Assembly: GCA_046331705.1 (NCBI GenBank)
Contig: JAXLQJ010000001.1
Coordinates: 124,001-188,000 of the forward strand
Reading direction: 5' to 3'
DNA: 64,000 nucleotides
DNA from: a bacterium
GTDB taxonomy: Bacteria > JADJOY01
Position numbers and translations under genes: made by a program. The notes below the pieces were generated by a model that made no database searches, was not told where the DNA came from, and saw nothing but the letters and a program-made list of their open reading frames with translations. Below, one piece after another: positions 30,595 through 42,686 of the stretch (position 1 is the first letter of the stretch; every line of letters starts with the position of its first letter).

Positions 30595-30761
30595 GGCGCG
30601 CCGGATGGTACACGGCCGTCGGCGCGACCGGCACCGCGTCCTCCGCATTCGCGTCGCAGGGCCGTGACGAGCCCGATCGCGCGGCCGCTCGTGGAGCCGT
30701 TGGGATCGACCGCCTCCCACGGTACCCTTCGTTTCCTCCGCAGCTCGAGCCTCTCCATGCC

Positions 30762-32286
30762 ATGAGCCCATCCACAGCCGATCCCAAGCCGCTGCGCATC
30801 CTCTTCGTCTCCTCGGAATGCGGTCCGTACGCGCGCACCGGCGGTCTCGGTGACGTGGTGACGGCGCTCTCGAAGGAGCTCGCGCGCGCCGGCCACGACG
30901 TGCGCGTGGTCATGCCGCTCTACCGCAGCATCGATCGCGCGCGCTTCGGCATCCGCTTCGAGCGCAGCTCCTGCGTTCACATGGGCAACGGCGAAGAAGC
31001 CTGGGTTAGCATCCACTCGACGCTGCTCGGCGAGCGCGTACCCGTCTGGTTCGTCGAGTACGAGCGCTTCTTCGGCCGCGGCGGCATCTACGACGAGCCG
31101 GGCGGCGAATACGGCGACAACGCGTTTCGCTTCGGCTTGCTCAGCACCGCGGCTCTGCAGGCCGCCCTCGACGTGGGCTTCGTGCCCGACGTGGTCCACG
31201 TGCACGACTGGCCGACGGCGCTCGCCGCCTACTACGTGAAGACGTGGGGCGGGACGCCCTCGCCGCTGGCGCGCACAGCGACGGTGCTGACCATCCACAA
31301 CATCGGCTATCAGGGCGTCTACCACGCGAGCGCCAACGCGTACCTCAAGATCGCCCCCGGTGCGTTCGCCTCCGACGGCTTCGAGGACCACGGCAACATC
31401 AACCTGTTGAAGGGCGGGGTCGCGTTCGCCGACGCGCTCACCACGGTGTCGCCCACCCACGCCCGCGAGCTGCTCACGCCCTCCGGCGGGCGCGGGCTCG
31501 CGCCCTACCTCAGCGCACGCGAGCGCGACCTCTTCGGCATCCTGAACGCGATCGACGAGGACGAGTGGGACCCGGCGCGCGACCGCTGGATCCCGGCTCA
31601 CTTCGATGCCGAGCACATGGAGGGCAAAGCCCTCTCGAAGCTCATGTTGCAGCGCTTCTTCGGCCTCGAGCAGCGCCCCGACGTGCCGCTCTTCGGGATC
31701 GTCACGCGGCTCGCGCAGCAGAAGGGGATCGATCTGCTGATGCAAGCGATCCCGCGCGCCTTGGACACGATGGTCCTGCACTTCGTGGCGCTCGGCAACG
31801 GCGACCCGAACGCCGAGAACTTCTTCCGCTGGCTGGAGCACGCGTATCCCGGCCGCGTCGGCGCGCAGATCACGTTCTCCAACGAGCTCAGCCACCTCAT
31901 GGAGGCGGGTCTCGACTTCTTCGTGATGCCGTCGCTCTACGAGCCGTGCGGCCTCAACCAGATGTACTCGATGCGCTACGGCACGCTGCCGATCGTGCGC
32001 GCCACCGGCGGACTCGACGACACCGTCCAGAACTACGATCCCGCGAGCGGCGCCGGCACCGGTTTCAAGTTCTGGGACGCGACTCCCCAGGCGCTCTACG
32101 ACACCGTCGGCTGGGCGGTGTCGACCTGGTTCGATCGGCCACACCACGTCGCGTCGTTGCGCAAGAACGCCATGGGCCTTCACTTCTCGTGGCGCGATGC
32201 CGCCGCGCGCTACGAGGAGGTCTACGCCCACGCCCTCGCCAAGCGTCGCGGCATCGCGCGAGACCGCGATCCCGCCCCGCCACGCG

Positions 32287-32300
<14 letters not shown>
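30762..32300 (+). CDS. glgA: Glycogen synthase
   Basis: RTGGLGDV, HVHDW, TIHNIGYQG and MPSLYEPCGLNQ. Confidence 0.96.
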
Positions 32301-34776
<2,476 letters not shown>

Positions 34777-34810
34777 GCTCGGCTACCTCCGCTCGGGGAT
34801 CGCGCGCGGG

Positions 34811-35902
34811 TCATGCTTCGTCGCGCGCCAGGCGCCGTTCCAGCACGCCGGCGAGGCGCTGGTGGGCGCCGCGCAGCGCGCGCTCGGTGGATTCCCAGTC
34901 GAGGCACGGATCGGTGACCGAGACGCCGTAACGAAGCTGGCTCAGGTCCTTCGGGATCGGCTGATTTCCCGCGTAGAGATGGCTTTCCAGCATGAGACCG
35001 ACGATCGACCGGTTGCCCTCGTGGATCTGGTCGATGCAGTCGTCGAGCACGGCCAGCTGGCGGCGCGGGTCCTTGGCCGAGTTGGCGTGGCTCAGATCCA
35101 CCACGATGGCACGACGCAGGGCCGCGCGGCGAAGGGCCTCCTCCGTGCGGCGCACGCTGGCGCGATCGTGATTGGGCCCGTGCTCGCCGCCGCGCAGGAT
35201 GACGTGACCGTAGCGATTGCCGCGGGTGACGAACACCGAGATCCGTCCGTCCATCGTCAGTCCCAGGAAATGGTGCGGGCGGGCCGCCGACTGGAGCGCG
35301 TTCACCGCGGTCTGGACGGAGCCGTCGGTCGAGTTCTTGAAGCCGACCGGGGCGGAGAGCCCGGACGCGAGCTCGCGGTGAGTCTGCGACTCGGTGGTGC
35401 GCGCGCCGATCGCGTACCAAGCGATGAGGTCGGAGGTGTATTGCGGTGAGATCGGGTCGAGCGCCTCGGTGCCGGCGGGGAGGCCCAGGCGATTCACCGC
35501 GAGCAGCAGCTCGCGTGCCTTCGCCAGCCCCTCGTCGATGCGGAAGCTGTCGTCGAGGTCCGGATCGTTGATGAAGCCCTTCCAGCCGACGGTGGTGCGC
35601 GGCTTCTCGAAGTAGACCCGCATCACCAGCAGCATCGTGTCGGCGACCTCGTCGGCGAGGGCGCGAAGACGGGCGGCGTACTCGAGAGCGGCGCGCGGAT
35701 CGTGAATGGAGCACGGGCCGACGACGACGAAGAGCCGCTTGTCGAGCCCGTCGAGGATCGCCTCCACCGCGGCGCGGCCCGCCATCACGGTGGTCGCCGC
35801 CACGTCCGTGAGGGGGAGACGCTCGCGGATCTCGCGCGGGCTCGGCACGCTGCGCGTGTCGCCGATGTTGAGATTGTCGAGATTGTCGAGATGCTGGTTC
35901 AT
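34811..35902 (-). CDS. aroG: 3-deoxy-7-phosphoheptulonate (DAHP) synthase, class I-alpha (AroF/G/H type)
   Basis: GPCSIHD, RVYFEKPRTTVGWKG, IGARTTESQTHRE and YGVSVTDPC; the F/G/H paralog type cannot be resolved. Confidence 0.93.
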   Translation of the reverse strand: MNQHLDNLDNLNIGDTRSVPSPREIRERLPLTDVAATTVMAGRAAVEAILDGLDKRLFVVVGPCSIHDPRAALEYAARLRALADEVADTMLLVMRVYFEKPRTTVGWKGFINDPDLDDSFRIDEGLAKARELLLAVNRLGLPAGTEALDPISPQYTSDLIAWYAIGARTTESQTHRELASGLSAPVGFKNSTDGSVQTAVNALQSAARPHHFLGLTMDGRISVFVTRGNRYGHVILRGGEHGPNHDRASVRRTEEALRRAALRRAIVVDLSHANSAKDPRRQLAVLDDCIDQIHEGNRSIVGLMLESHLYAGNQPIPKDLSQLRYGVSVTDPCLDWESTERALRGAHQRLAGVLERRLARDEA

Positions 35903-36052
35903 GGTCGATTCGCGCGCCAAAGCGCGGAAGAGTAGCAGGAGCGCCGGTACGCGCGGGCCCGGCAGCGTGGCACGCCGAATGACGCGTCGCGAGCCCGCCT
36001 GCTAGACTCCGCGCCTCTTACGTCACGGGCCTCCGACGGAGGTAATCCGATC

Positions 36053-36445
36053 ATGGATTCGAAGAAAACCGCCAAGAGCTCGGCCTCCACGCTGCCATTC
36101 GATCAATTCTGGACCTGGCTCCAGCGCCATGCGAACTGCATCGTGCGCGCGGGGACTCCCGAATCGGTGGTCTACGACGACGAAGACCTGCACTGGCACC
36201 TCGCCGTCGAGGACGAGGACACGCTCCTGGTCCAGGTGTTTCGCGGCAAGCGCGTCATGGCGGAGATCTTTCTGCACCCCGCCGACGTGGCGTACGTCCA
36301 GATCGAGCAACGCGACGAGGAAGAGTTCCTGTTCGAGCTCATCTCGGAAGACGAGCGCGAGCGGGTCGCGTCCTGGCAATTCGTGCTCTCGCACGGATAC
36401 GAGGACGAGGAAGAGCCCTCCGGCGGACGCGGCTGGACGCACTGA
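36053..36445 (+). CDS. Acidic hypothetical protein
   Basis: GGAGGT RBS and strong GC3 codon bias; no recognised family. Confidence 0.8.
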   Translation: MDSKKTAKSSASTLPFDQFWTWLQRHANCIVRAGTPESVVYDDEDLHWHLAVEDEDTLLVQVFRGKRVMAEIFLHPADVAYVQIEQRDEEEFLFELISEDERERVASWQFVLSHGYEDEEEPSGGRGWTH

Positions 36446-36640
36446 TTCCGTCGTCCGGCTGCGAGGCATGCGGACGCAAGAGCCGGCGCTCGGCGCTCGT
36501 AGCGGGGGAGCGGTCGGTGCTCCCCGTCTCGTCACGGCGACGCTGCGACGAGGCCCCGCTCCCGCCTCGCTTCGCTTCGTGGTCGCGGCACCGCTGGCGT
36601 CGCGACCCGGCGTGAGCCCGGTGGCGCACGCGTCGAGCCG

Positions 36641-37027
36641 ATGATCGCGGACCCCGCGCACGAGCTCGCCGAGCCGGTTCGAGTCGACAAGTGGCTGTGG
36701 GCCGCGCGGGTCTTCAAGAGCCGCTCGCTGGCGCAGCAGGCGTGCCGAGGCGGGCACGTGACGGTGAACGGGCACGGCGCTCAACCGGCGCGTGCGCTGC
36801 GGATCGGCGATCGCGTCGAGATCAAGCGCGAGGCGCGGGTTCTCGTGCTCGAGGTGGCGGCGCTCGCGACGAAGCGGGGCCCCGCCCCGGTCGCCCGCAC
36901 CCTCTACGTCGACCATTCGCCGCCTCCGCCGCCCAAGGAGCTCGACACCTTCGTGGTGCGCGACCGCGGCGCGGGTCGTCCGACCAAGCGCGATCGCCGC
37001 ACGATCCGCCGCGCACGTGGTTGGTGA
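36641..37027 (+). CDS. hslR: Ribosome-associated heat shock protein Hsp15 (S4 domain)
   Basis: VRVDKWLWAARVFKSRSLA and GRPTKRDRR. Confidence 0.95.
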   Translation: MIADPAHELAEPVRVDKWLWAARVFKSRSLAQQACRGGHVTVNGHGAQPARALRIGDRVEIKREARVLVLEVAALATKRGPAPVARTLYVDHSPPPPPKELDTFVVRDRGAGRPTKRDRRTIRRARGW

Positions 37028-37150
37028 ACCCGTCCGCTGGGGACGGCGCCGCGACCGCGCCGGGTGGGGCGGGAGCCCGCTCGACCTGGGACGTCGACGG
37101 AGAGCGTCACGAGACCGGCGAGTCCCCGACCGCCGCCGACGACGGTGGGA

Positions 37151-37780
37151 TCAGCGCAACGCGGCGAGCTGGCGGTCGTGGAACCGTGACAACGTGAGCA
37201 GCGCAACGCTCGCTCCGACGCCGCACAGGAACATGTCCCACTGGGTATCCCAGGGATCGCCCTGCGTGCCGAGGAAGGCTTCGGCCGCCTGGCCGCTCGC
37301 GAGCGCCGTCCACCATTCCACGAACTCGTAGGTGACGCTCAGCGTGAAGCAGAACGCGAGCACGACGTAGGGCAGCCACTTGCTGCCGCGAAGCGGCGAG
37401 CGGCGAATCAGGATCTCGCGGCCGATCATCGCGGGGATGAAGCCTTGCGCAAAGTGACCGATGCGATCGTACGGGTTGCGGGCCATGTGAAAGACGTCCT
37501 GGAGCCAGAACCCGAAGGGCACCTTCGCGTACGTCCAGTGGCCGCCGATCATCAAGATGTACGCGTGAATGCCGGCCAGCACGTAGACGAGCGGGGTGAA
37601 CGGAAAGCGCGCGCGCGTCGCGACCAAGATCGGGGCTCCGATCAGGACGGGCGCCACCTCCAGGAACCAGGTGAAACGGTCGGCAGGGCCGATTCCCGAG
37701 ATCGTCAGACCGATGGCGACGACGATCAGCACCGCGAGGGGAACGCGTGGCGATGGGGCGGCGGCGGACGGGTCGATCAT
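37151..37780 (-). CDS. DUF2238 (YjdF-like) inner membrane protein
   Basis: TWFLEV, GGHWTYAKVP, RNPYDRIGHF and FLGTQGDPWDTQWDM. Confidence 0.92.
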   Translation of the reverse strand: MIDPSAAAPSPRVPLAVLIVVAIGLTISGIGPADRFTWFLEVAPVLIGAPILVATRARFPFTPLVYVLAGIHAYILMIGGHWTYAKVPFGFWLQDVFHMARNPYDRIGHFAQGFIPAMIGREILIRRSPLRGSKWLPYVVLAFCFTLSVTYEFVEWWTALASGQAAEAFLGTQGDPWDTQWDMFLCGVGASVALLTLSRFHDRQLAALR

Positions 37781-37850
37781 GCGGTTTCCCTTCGCGAGCG
37801 GTGGGTGCCGCGCGCGCTCACGACGTTCGAGGCGATCGCGGTGGCGCCGG

Positions 37851-38720
37851 TCACGATGGCGGGTGCCAGCCGGCGAGCGTGATCCGCGTGAGGATGGTCG
37901 CGACGAGCGCCGCCAGCGTCTCCGGTAGCCCGAGGCTGGCGCGCCATTCGAGGCCGATCGCAATCAGCGCCAGGGCGCTGGTGACGAGCCCGAGGGTCGT
38001 CGCCATCTCCGCGTAGAGCGCGGGGACGAGCCAGCCGCCGCGCGCCGCGACCGCGGTGAGCGCGACCGCGAGCGCCGCGTAGCCGACGGCGAAGCTCATG
38101 CCGGCCGCCGGTGCGCGAATCGGCCGGACGCGTTCGCCATGGCCGGCGAGATACGCCGCCAGCTCGCCCAAGTAGAGCCCCTCGCCGGTCTCCCGCACGA
38201 TGAAGGTCGCGGCGGCGAGGGTGACGCTCACGTGCGACACACCGGCGATCTCCTCGATCGTGATCGAGCCCACGAGCGGCAGGCCCGCGAAGCCGCGGAA
38301 CGGTCGCGTGCGCGGACGGACGATGGCGATCACGGTCTTCTCCGGCGGGTGCTCGATGGTGCCGTCGAAGCCGAGAGTGGTGACGCGTGCGAGCACGCGC
38401 GACGCGGTCTCGGCTGCTGGCGCCGGCTCCAAGTGCTCGGCGCGGCGCTCGAGACGGCGCGTGAGCGAGCTGCGCCGGCCGCCCACGAGCGCGACCGCGG
38501 CGCCCAGCACGAGCTCGAGAGCGAGCGGTGCGACGGCGGGCAGGAGCAGCCGGCTGGGCAGGTTCGGAAGCGATTCCGAGACCGCGAGCAGCGGCGCCGC
38601 GTGCAGGGCGGGATCGAAGGTGCGCGCGAGCAACGCCGCACCCGCCAGCGCCAGCACGGCCAGGAACGCATGCGGCAAGCGCACGAGGATTTCCTGGCGG
38701 TGCAGCTCTCGTTCCGTCAT
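37851..38720 (-). CDS. Hypothetical membrane protein
   Basis: Long ORF with several TM segments flanking a soluble region. Confidence 0.65.
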   Translation of the reverse strand: MTERELHRQEILVRLPHAFLAVLALAGAALLARTFDPALHAAPLLAVSESLPNLPSRLLLPAVAPLALELVLGAAVALVGGRRSSLTRRLERRAEHLEPAPAAETASRVLARVTTLGFDGTIEHPPEKTVIAIVRPRTRPFRGFAGLPLVGSITIEEIAGVSHVSVTLAAATFIVRETGEGLYLGELAAYLAGHGERVRPIRAPAAGMSFAVGYAALAVALTAVAARGGWLVPALYAEMATTLGLVTSALALIAIGLEWRASLGLPETLAALVATILTRITLAGWHPPS

Positions 38721-38876
38721 GTCGCTGGCATTCTCGTGTGGCGCGTCGCGATTCTAGATCATCGATCGAGTGTACGAGGGACGAGGCGTGGGCGGCGTTG
38801 CAGCGTACCGAGCGGCGCAGTAGAAGGCACCGGGCGCGTGTGGTGTCGGGTGGGCGGCGCGCCGGGAGAGAATCGC

Positions 38877-39455
38877 ATGCAGGCGCGGAAACGCTGGAGT
38901 GGGATCGCACTCGTGACGCTCATGCTCACGAGCGGTTCGTGCTCGAAGGGCGGCGACGTGCAGCGCGGGCCATCGAGCGGCACGTGGGCGAAGTTCGCGG
39001 CCGAGGGGCGCGGCTACCTGGCGCCCGCCGGCTGGACGATCGCGGACCCGGCGGCGGGCAAGCAGGAAGCGCGCGAAGCCGCCTGGTGTCGCGGCTTGCC
39101 CGGCACCTCGATTGCCGTGGCGCGGCTCGCGAGCCCAGGGCGGGCGACGGAGGCGACGCTGCTCTACGGCGCAACCGCCGATCTCGAGCGCTTCGTCGAG
39201 GGCTGCTTCGCCGATCGGCGCGCGGACCTGCGCATCAAGTTCGACGAGACTTTCCGCACCACCACGGCGGCGGGCGCCGCTGTCGTCGTCCAACTCGGCC
39301 ACCGCGACGCCGACAAGGCGTCGGGCACGCCGACGACCCTCATGCTCGCGCAGGCAAAGCGCGGTGACCGCATGTTCGTGGCGGACGCCGGTGGTCTCGC
39401 GAGCCAATTCGACCGCAGTGCCGTCATGACCTTGATCGGTAGCGTCACGTTCTGA
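38877..39455 (+). CDS. Hypothetical lipoprotein
   Basis: GGAGAG RBS; basic then hydrophobic N-terminus ending TSGS-C (lipobox-like). Confidence 0.65.
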   Translation: MQARKRWSGIALVTLMLTSGSCSKGGDVQRGPSSGTWAKFAAEGRGYLAPAGWTIADPAAGKQEAREAAWCRGLPGTSIAVARLASPGRATEATLLYGATADLERFVEGCFADRRADLRIKFDETFRTTTAAGAAVVVQLGHRDADKASGTPTTLMLAQAKRGDRMFVADAGGLASQFDRSAVMTLIGSVTF

Positions 39456-39467
39456 GCCAATCACCCA

Positions 39468-39511
39468 CCGAGTGAGGAGTGACACTCACCCGAGTGAGGA
39501 GTGACACTCAC
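39468..39511. repeat. Two exact tandem 22-bp palindromic REP-like units (CCGAGTGAGGAGTGACACTCAC)
   Basis: 39468-39489 and 39490-39511 are identical; each contains GAGTG-A-CACTC and GTGAG..CTCAC inverted repeats. Confidence 0.9.
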
Positions 39512-39739
39512 CTACTGAACGGTGCCAGGGGAGTGATTCGCGCGAACGGCGGTTCGAGACATCGAGCGAGCGCCGCGGGCATCGTCGACGCCCGACTTCG
39601 AGGTCAGCCTCGCGCGTTCCCGGCTCGATCGGGTGCTCGCCCTGACGGAGCACGAGCTTCACGGACGCGATCCGCGTCGTGCGAACGGAGCTCGGCCCGA
39701 CGCATTCGGTGCGTTCGAGCCGCCTCGCTGCTGCCGCCG

Positions 39740-40669
39740 CTACGCGGTCGAGAGTGCTGGCAAGACCAATGGCTGCCAGGGCGGGAACGAGTACGCGGGA
39801 AAGGGCTGGCTACCGTCTCCGCGTCGGAGTGAATCTGCGGCGGCCCAGAATCGCTGGCAGAAGTCCCGAAACGCCCGGCGATAGGTCGCACGCTCGACCT
39901 CCCGGCTCGCATGGCAGAGCGGTCGCGGCGATCGGCTCGACGTCTTGGGCCTCGATCGCGGGTCTTGCCGCGTCACCGTGGCCGCGCCGAGCACCGGCCT
40001 GCCGTTGCGGTCGCGCGCACACGCGGCCTCCGCGTCGCGGATCCGTTCCAGCACATGCCCCGGCGTGAGGTTCTCTGCCGCCAGCCCGCTCAGCGGATGA
40101 ACGGTGACCGTGCCCGTTTGCCAGAACTCGTCCGGCTCGAGCGCGGGGTCCGAGCTCGCCGCCGCTCGCACCGCCTGGCGGTAGCGCCGATCGTCGAACC
40201 AGCGCACGTGGTGCTCGACCGGCGTCGCATCCTTCGCGAAGAGCAGTACGCCGGGCCAGTCCTCGAATCGGCCGACCAGCCCCGCCGCCGTCGGATTCAC
40301 CACCGTGTAGACGAGCCGATCGACGGCAGCCTGCGCGTCGAGCACCGGCTCGGCGCTGAAGCGGCGATCGAACACGTGCCCCGCGCGACCGCGGATCCGA
40401 TTGATCCCCTTCGCGACGGCGGTCAGAAAATCCCGCATGAAGCCCGAGAGCTCGCCCCGTTCGTCGACCAGCAACATGTGCCAGTGATTCGACACCGTCA
40501 CCACCGCTTCCAGCCGGACGCCATCGTAGCGCTCTAGCGCGCGCGCCAGCGCGAGCAGGAAGACGGCGTTCGCATCCGGGTCGGCGCGCAACAGGAAGCG
40601 CCGCTGGAACGCCCGACTCGTGCAAAACCACCGGGTCGCGGGCCGAAGCCATCTGAGCGGTCGTCCCAT
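39740..40669 (-). mobile_element. HUH/Y1 tyrosine transposase, REP-associated (RAYT)-like
   Basis: N-terminal TSR, HUH motif SNHWH, GHVFDRRF and catalytic Tyr in LVYTVVNP..AGLV...WPG; long C-terminal extension. Confidence 0.88.
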
Positions 40670-40685
40670 GGCGCGGGCTCACGAC

Positions 40686-40700
40686 GCACGCGGCGTGCCG
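40686..40700 (-). promoter_or_regulatory. sigma54-type promoter (CGGCACGCCGCGTGC) upstream of the RAYT-like gene
   Basis: GGCACG-N4-GTGC with GG-N10-GC spacing, 17 nt before the ATG at 40669. Confidence 0.55.
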
Positions 40701-40805
40701 CGCCGGAGGTCCGACGCACACACGCGTTTGTCGTCGCCGCTGGCCCACGCGCTGCGCCCTCGAGAACGCACCCGTGCGCCCGCGCGGGCGCCGCCCCCGC
40801 CCGTC

Positions 40806-42128
40806 TCAGGGCGCGAGCGCGACCGGATGATCGAGCTTGCGCTCGAACCCATCCTCGTCGCCGGGCTGGAACACGGGCGGCAAGTAGATCCCCGTGCCGA
40901 TCGTGACGTTCTTCTGCTCGACGGCGAGCCAGTTCTCGAAATCGAAATAGAGCCCGGGTGTGGCGCCGCGCACGCGCTCGGGCGGATCGTCCACGGTGGC
41001 GTCGTCCACCCACCGCAGCTTCACGCGCAGCGGCACCGCGGGATCGATCTGGATACGCGTGACCGAGAACTGGCCGTTCCATTCGAGCGCCGTCACCCGC
41101 TGCTCGCCGCCGCTCGCCCGCAATCGAGCCAGCGCCTCGCCCGCCGGCTCGCCGACCACCGCGACCGGCCCATGGACGCCCTTCACGTAGAGCTTGGCGC
41201 CCGTGAGCCCGTCGAAGTCGACGCCGCTCGAGAGCTCGAAACGCGAGAAGATCGACGGGATCGTGAACGGCATGGCCATGTCCACCTGGTACTGGAACGA
41301 ATACGGGTAGAAGACCGTGTCGTTCCACACCTTGGGTGTCTGGATGCCGAGAATCATCCGCACGCTGATGCCCTTGTGCAGCACCACGCGCACCGGCCCG
41401 TCGATCCACGCGGCGGTGACCGCCTCGAAGTCGTCCTGATCACGGTCGAAGTCGTAGACGCTCCAGATCGTGGACCGGAGCCGCGTCTTCAGGATGTCGA
41501 CACGGCTCGGCGACCAGCTGCCATCCGCAGCGCGAAGCCGCATGCGATCGATGGCGAAGCGCACCTCGCGGTTGAAGCCGAGCGTGAAGCTCGCCGCGCG
41601 CACCTCGTCTGCGGTGGGCTCGTAGCTCACGTAGTCCACGGCGCTCGGCGGCGGCGGCGTGCCATCCCACGCCGCCAGGTAGGCGTACGCGGTGCTGCCA
41701 TCGAGCGGATCGCGAAGCCGAAGCTCGCGCGTCACCGTCGGCCGCGCACCCGCCACCTCCCAGCTCGGCGCGTCGGGCGGCTTCGCCTCGCCGAGGTCGC
41801 GCGCCATCACCCACAGAACGTCGTTGGCGTCGAAGCGCTCCTCGTCGTCGTCGCGGCTCGCCTCGGGTCCCGCCGGAAACACCCATGCACCCGTCGCGTC
41901 TCGTTCGTCGATCTGGAACGGCACGGCCACCAGCGCGCCGGCGCGCCAGGCCGCGAGCCGCAACGAGGCGATCGGCTTTCCGAGCAGCTCGGGGAGCAGG
42001 GCCCCCTCCACCGCGACCGGGTCGATCGGCCGATCGAGCGGCGCGCCATCGACCGCGCGCGCCAGCCCACCGTCCGCGGCGAGCCACGCGAGCACCAGCA
42101 CCGCGAGCATTCGGAACGATCGGCGCAT
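40806..42128 (-). CDS. Secreted hypothetical protein (VPFQIDER motif)
   Basis: Signal peptide MRRSFRMLAVLVLAWLAADGGLARA; beta-rich; divergent from the FadL cluster. Confidence 0.8.
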   Translation of the reverse strand: MRRSFRMLAVLVLAWLAADGGLARAVDGAPLDRPIDPVAVEGALLPELLGKPIASLRLAAWRAGALVAVPFQIDERDATGAWVFPAGPEASRDDDEERFDANDVLWVMARDLGEAKPPDAPSWEVAGARPTVTRELRLRDPLDGSTAYAYLAAWDGTPPPPSAVDYVSYEPTADEVRAASFTLGFNREVRFAIDRMRLRAADGSWSPSRVDILKTRLRSTIWSVYDFDRDQDDFEAVTAAWIDGPVRVVLHKGISVRMILGIQTPKVWNDTVFYPYSFQYQVDMAMPFTIPSIFSRFELSSGVDFDGLTGAKLYVKGVHGPVAVVGEPAGEALARLRASGGEQRVTALEWNGQFSVTRIQIDPAVPLRVKLRWVDDATVDDPPERVRGATPGLYFDFENWLAVEQKNVTIGTGIYLPPVFQPGDEDGFERKLDHPVALAP

Positions 42129-42173
42129 GAGCCCTCGTGCGGGACGCAAGAACGATGGCGAGAATCGAAATCG

Positions 42174-42217
42174 TTGACTCGCTCGGCCGTTCGTAACACC
42201 ATGTTAACAATGTTAGC
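42174..42217 (+). promoter_or_regulatory. Promoter (TTGACT-17bp-CACCAT) with overlapping TAACA/TGTTA inverted repeats
   Basis: AT-rich patch containing TAACACCATGTTA (42194-42206) and TAACAATGTTA (42205-42215). Confidence 0.6.
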
Positions 42218-42686
42218 AACCGGCGACGCCTCGCCCCGGTCGGGCCCACCGCGTGCCTGGCGCCGCCGATTCGCGCTCTCGCCGTTGCTCACGCTGGCGT
42301 GCGCGTTCGGCTGTAGCTCGAGTGGCGTGGTTGCCCCGCGCGTGACGGTGGAGCTGCGCAACGCCGCCACCGATCCGCGACTCTACGGCTCGGACGGCGT
42401 CATCACCGTGCTGCTCGAACCGTCCGTGCTCGGCGAGCGGCTGCTCGATCCCGGGACCTTGGCGGCCACGCTCGCGCCAGGTCGCGATGCCGCGTTCGAC
42501 ACCGACCTCGGCAATCACGTGGTCGCGCTCCACGACGCCGACGAGGCGGGCCACACCACGCTGCTCTCGACCCTCGCGTTCTGGGTCGGTTCGGACGGCG
42601 CCACCATCGAGGTGCGCGTCACGCCCGACGGCGGTCTGTGCTTGCTCGGTCAGGTCGTGGACGGAGTGCGCTGTGAAGATCGCTGA
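42210..42686 (+). CDS. Putative lipoprotein (alternative start 42201)
   Basis: RRR followed by a hydrophobic stretch and LACAFG-C lipobox; C-terminal Cys pair. Confidence 0.65.
   Translation: MLATGDASPRSGPPRAWRRRFALSPLLTLACAFGCSSSGVVAPRVTVELRNAATDPRLYGSDGVITVLLEPSVLGERLLDPGTLAATLAPGRDAAFDTDLGNHVVALHDADEAGHTTLLSTLAFWVGSDGATIEVRVTPDGGLCLLGQVVDGVRCEDR

Noticed and set aside
35870-35892. 9-nt tandem repeat GAGATTGTC at the DAHP synthase N-terminus
   Set aside because: In-frame micro-duplication (LDNLDNL) with no evident consequence.
35968-35982. sigma54-like TGGCACGCCGAATGA upstream of 36053
   Set aside because: The -12 dinucleotide is GA rather than the conserved GC, so it is not supported.
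39468-39511. CRISPR mini-array
   Set aside because: Only two units, directly abutting with no spacer, and no cas genes.
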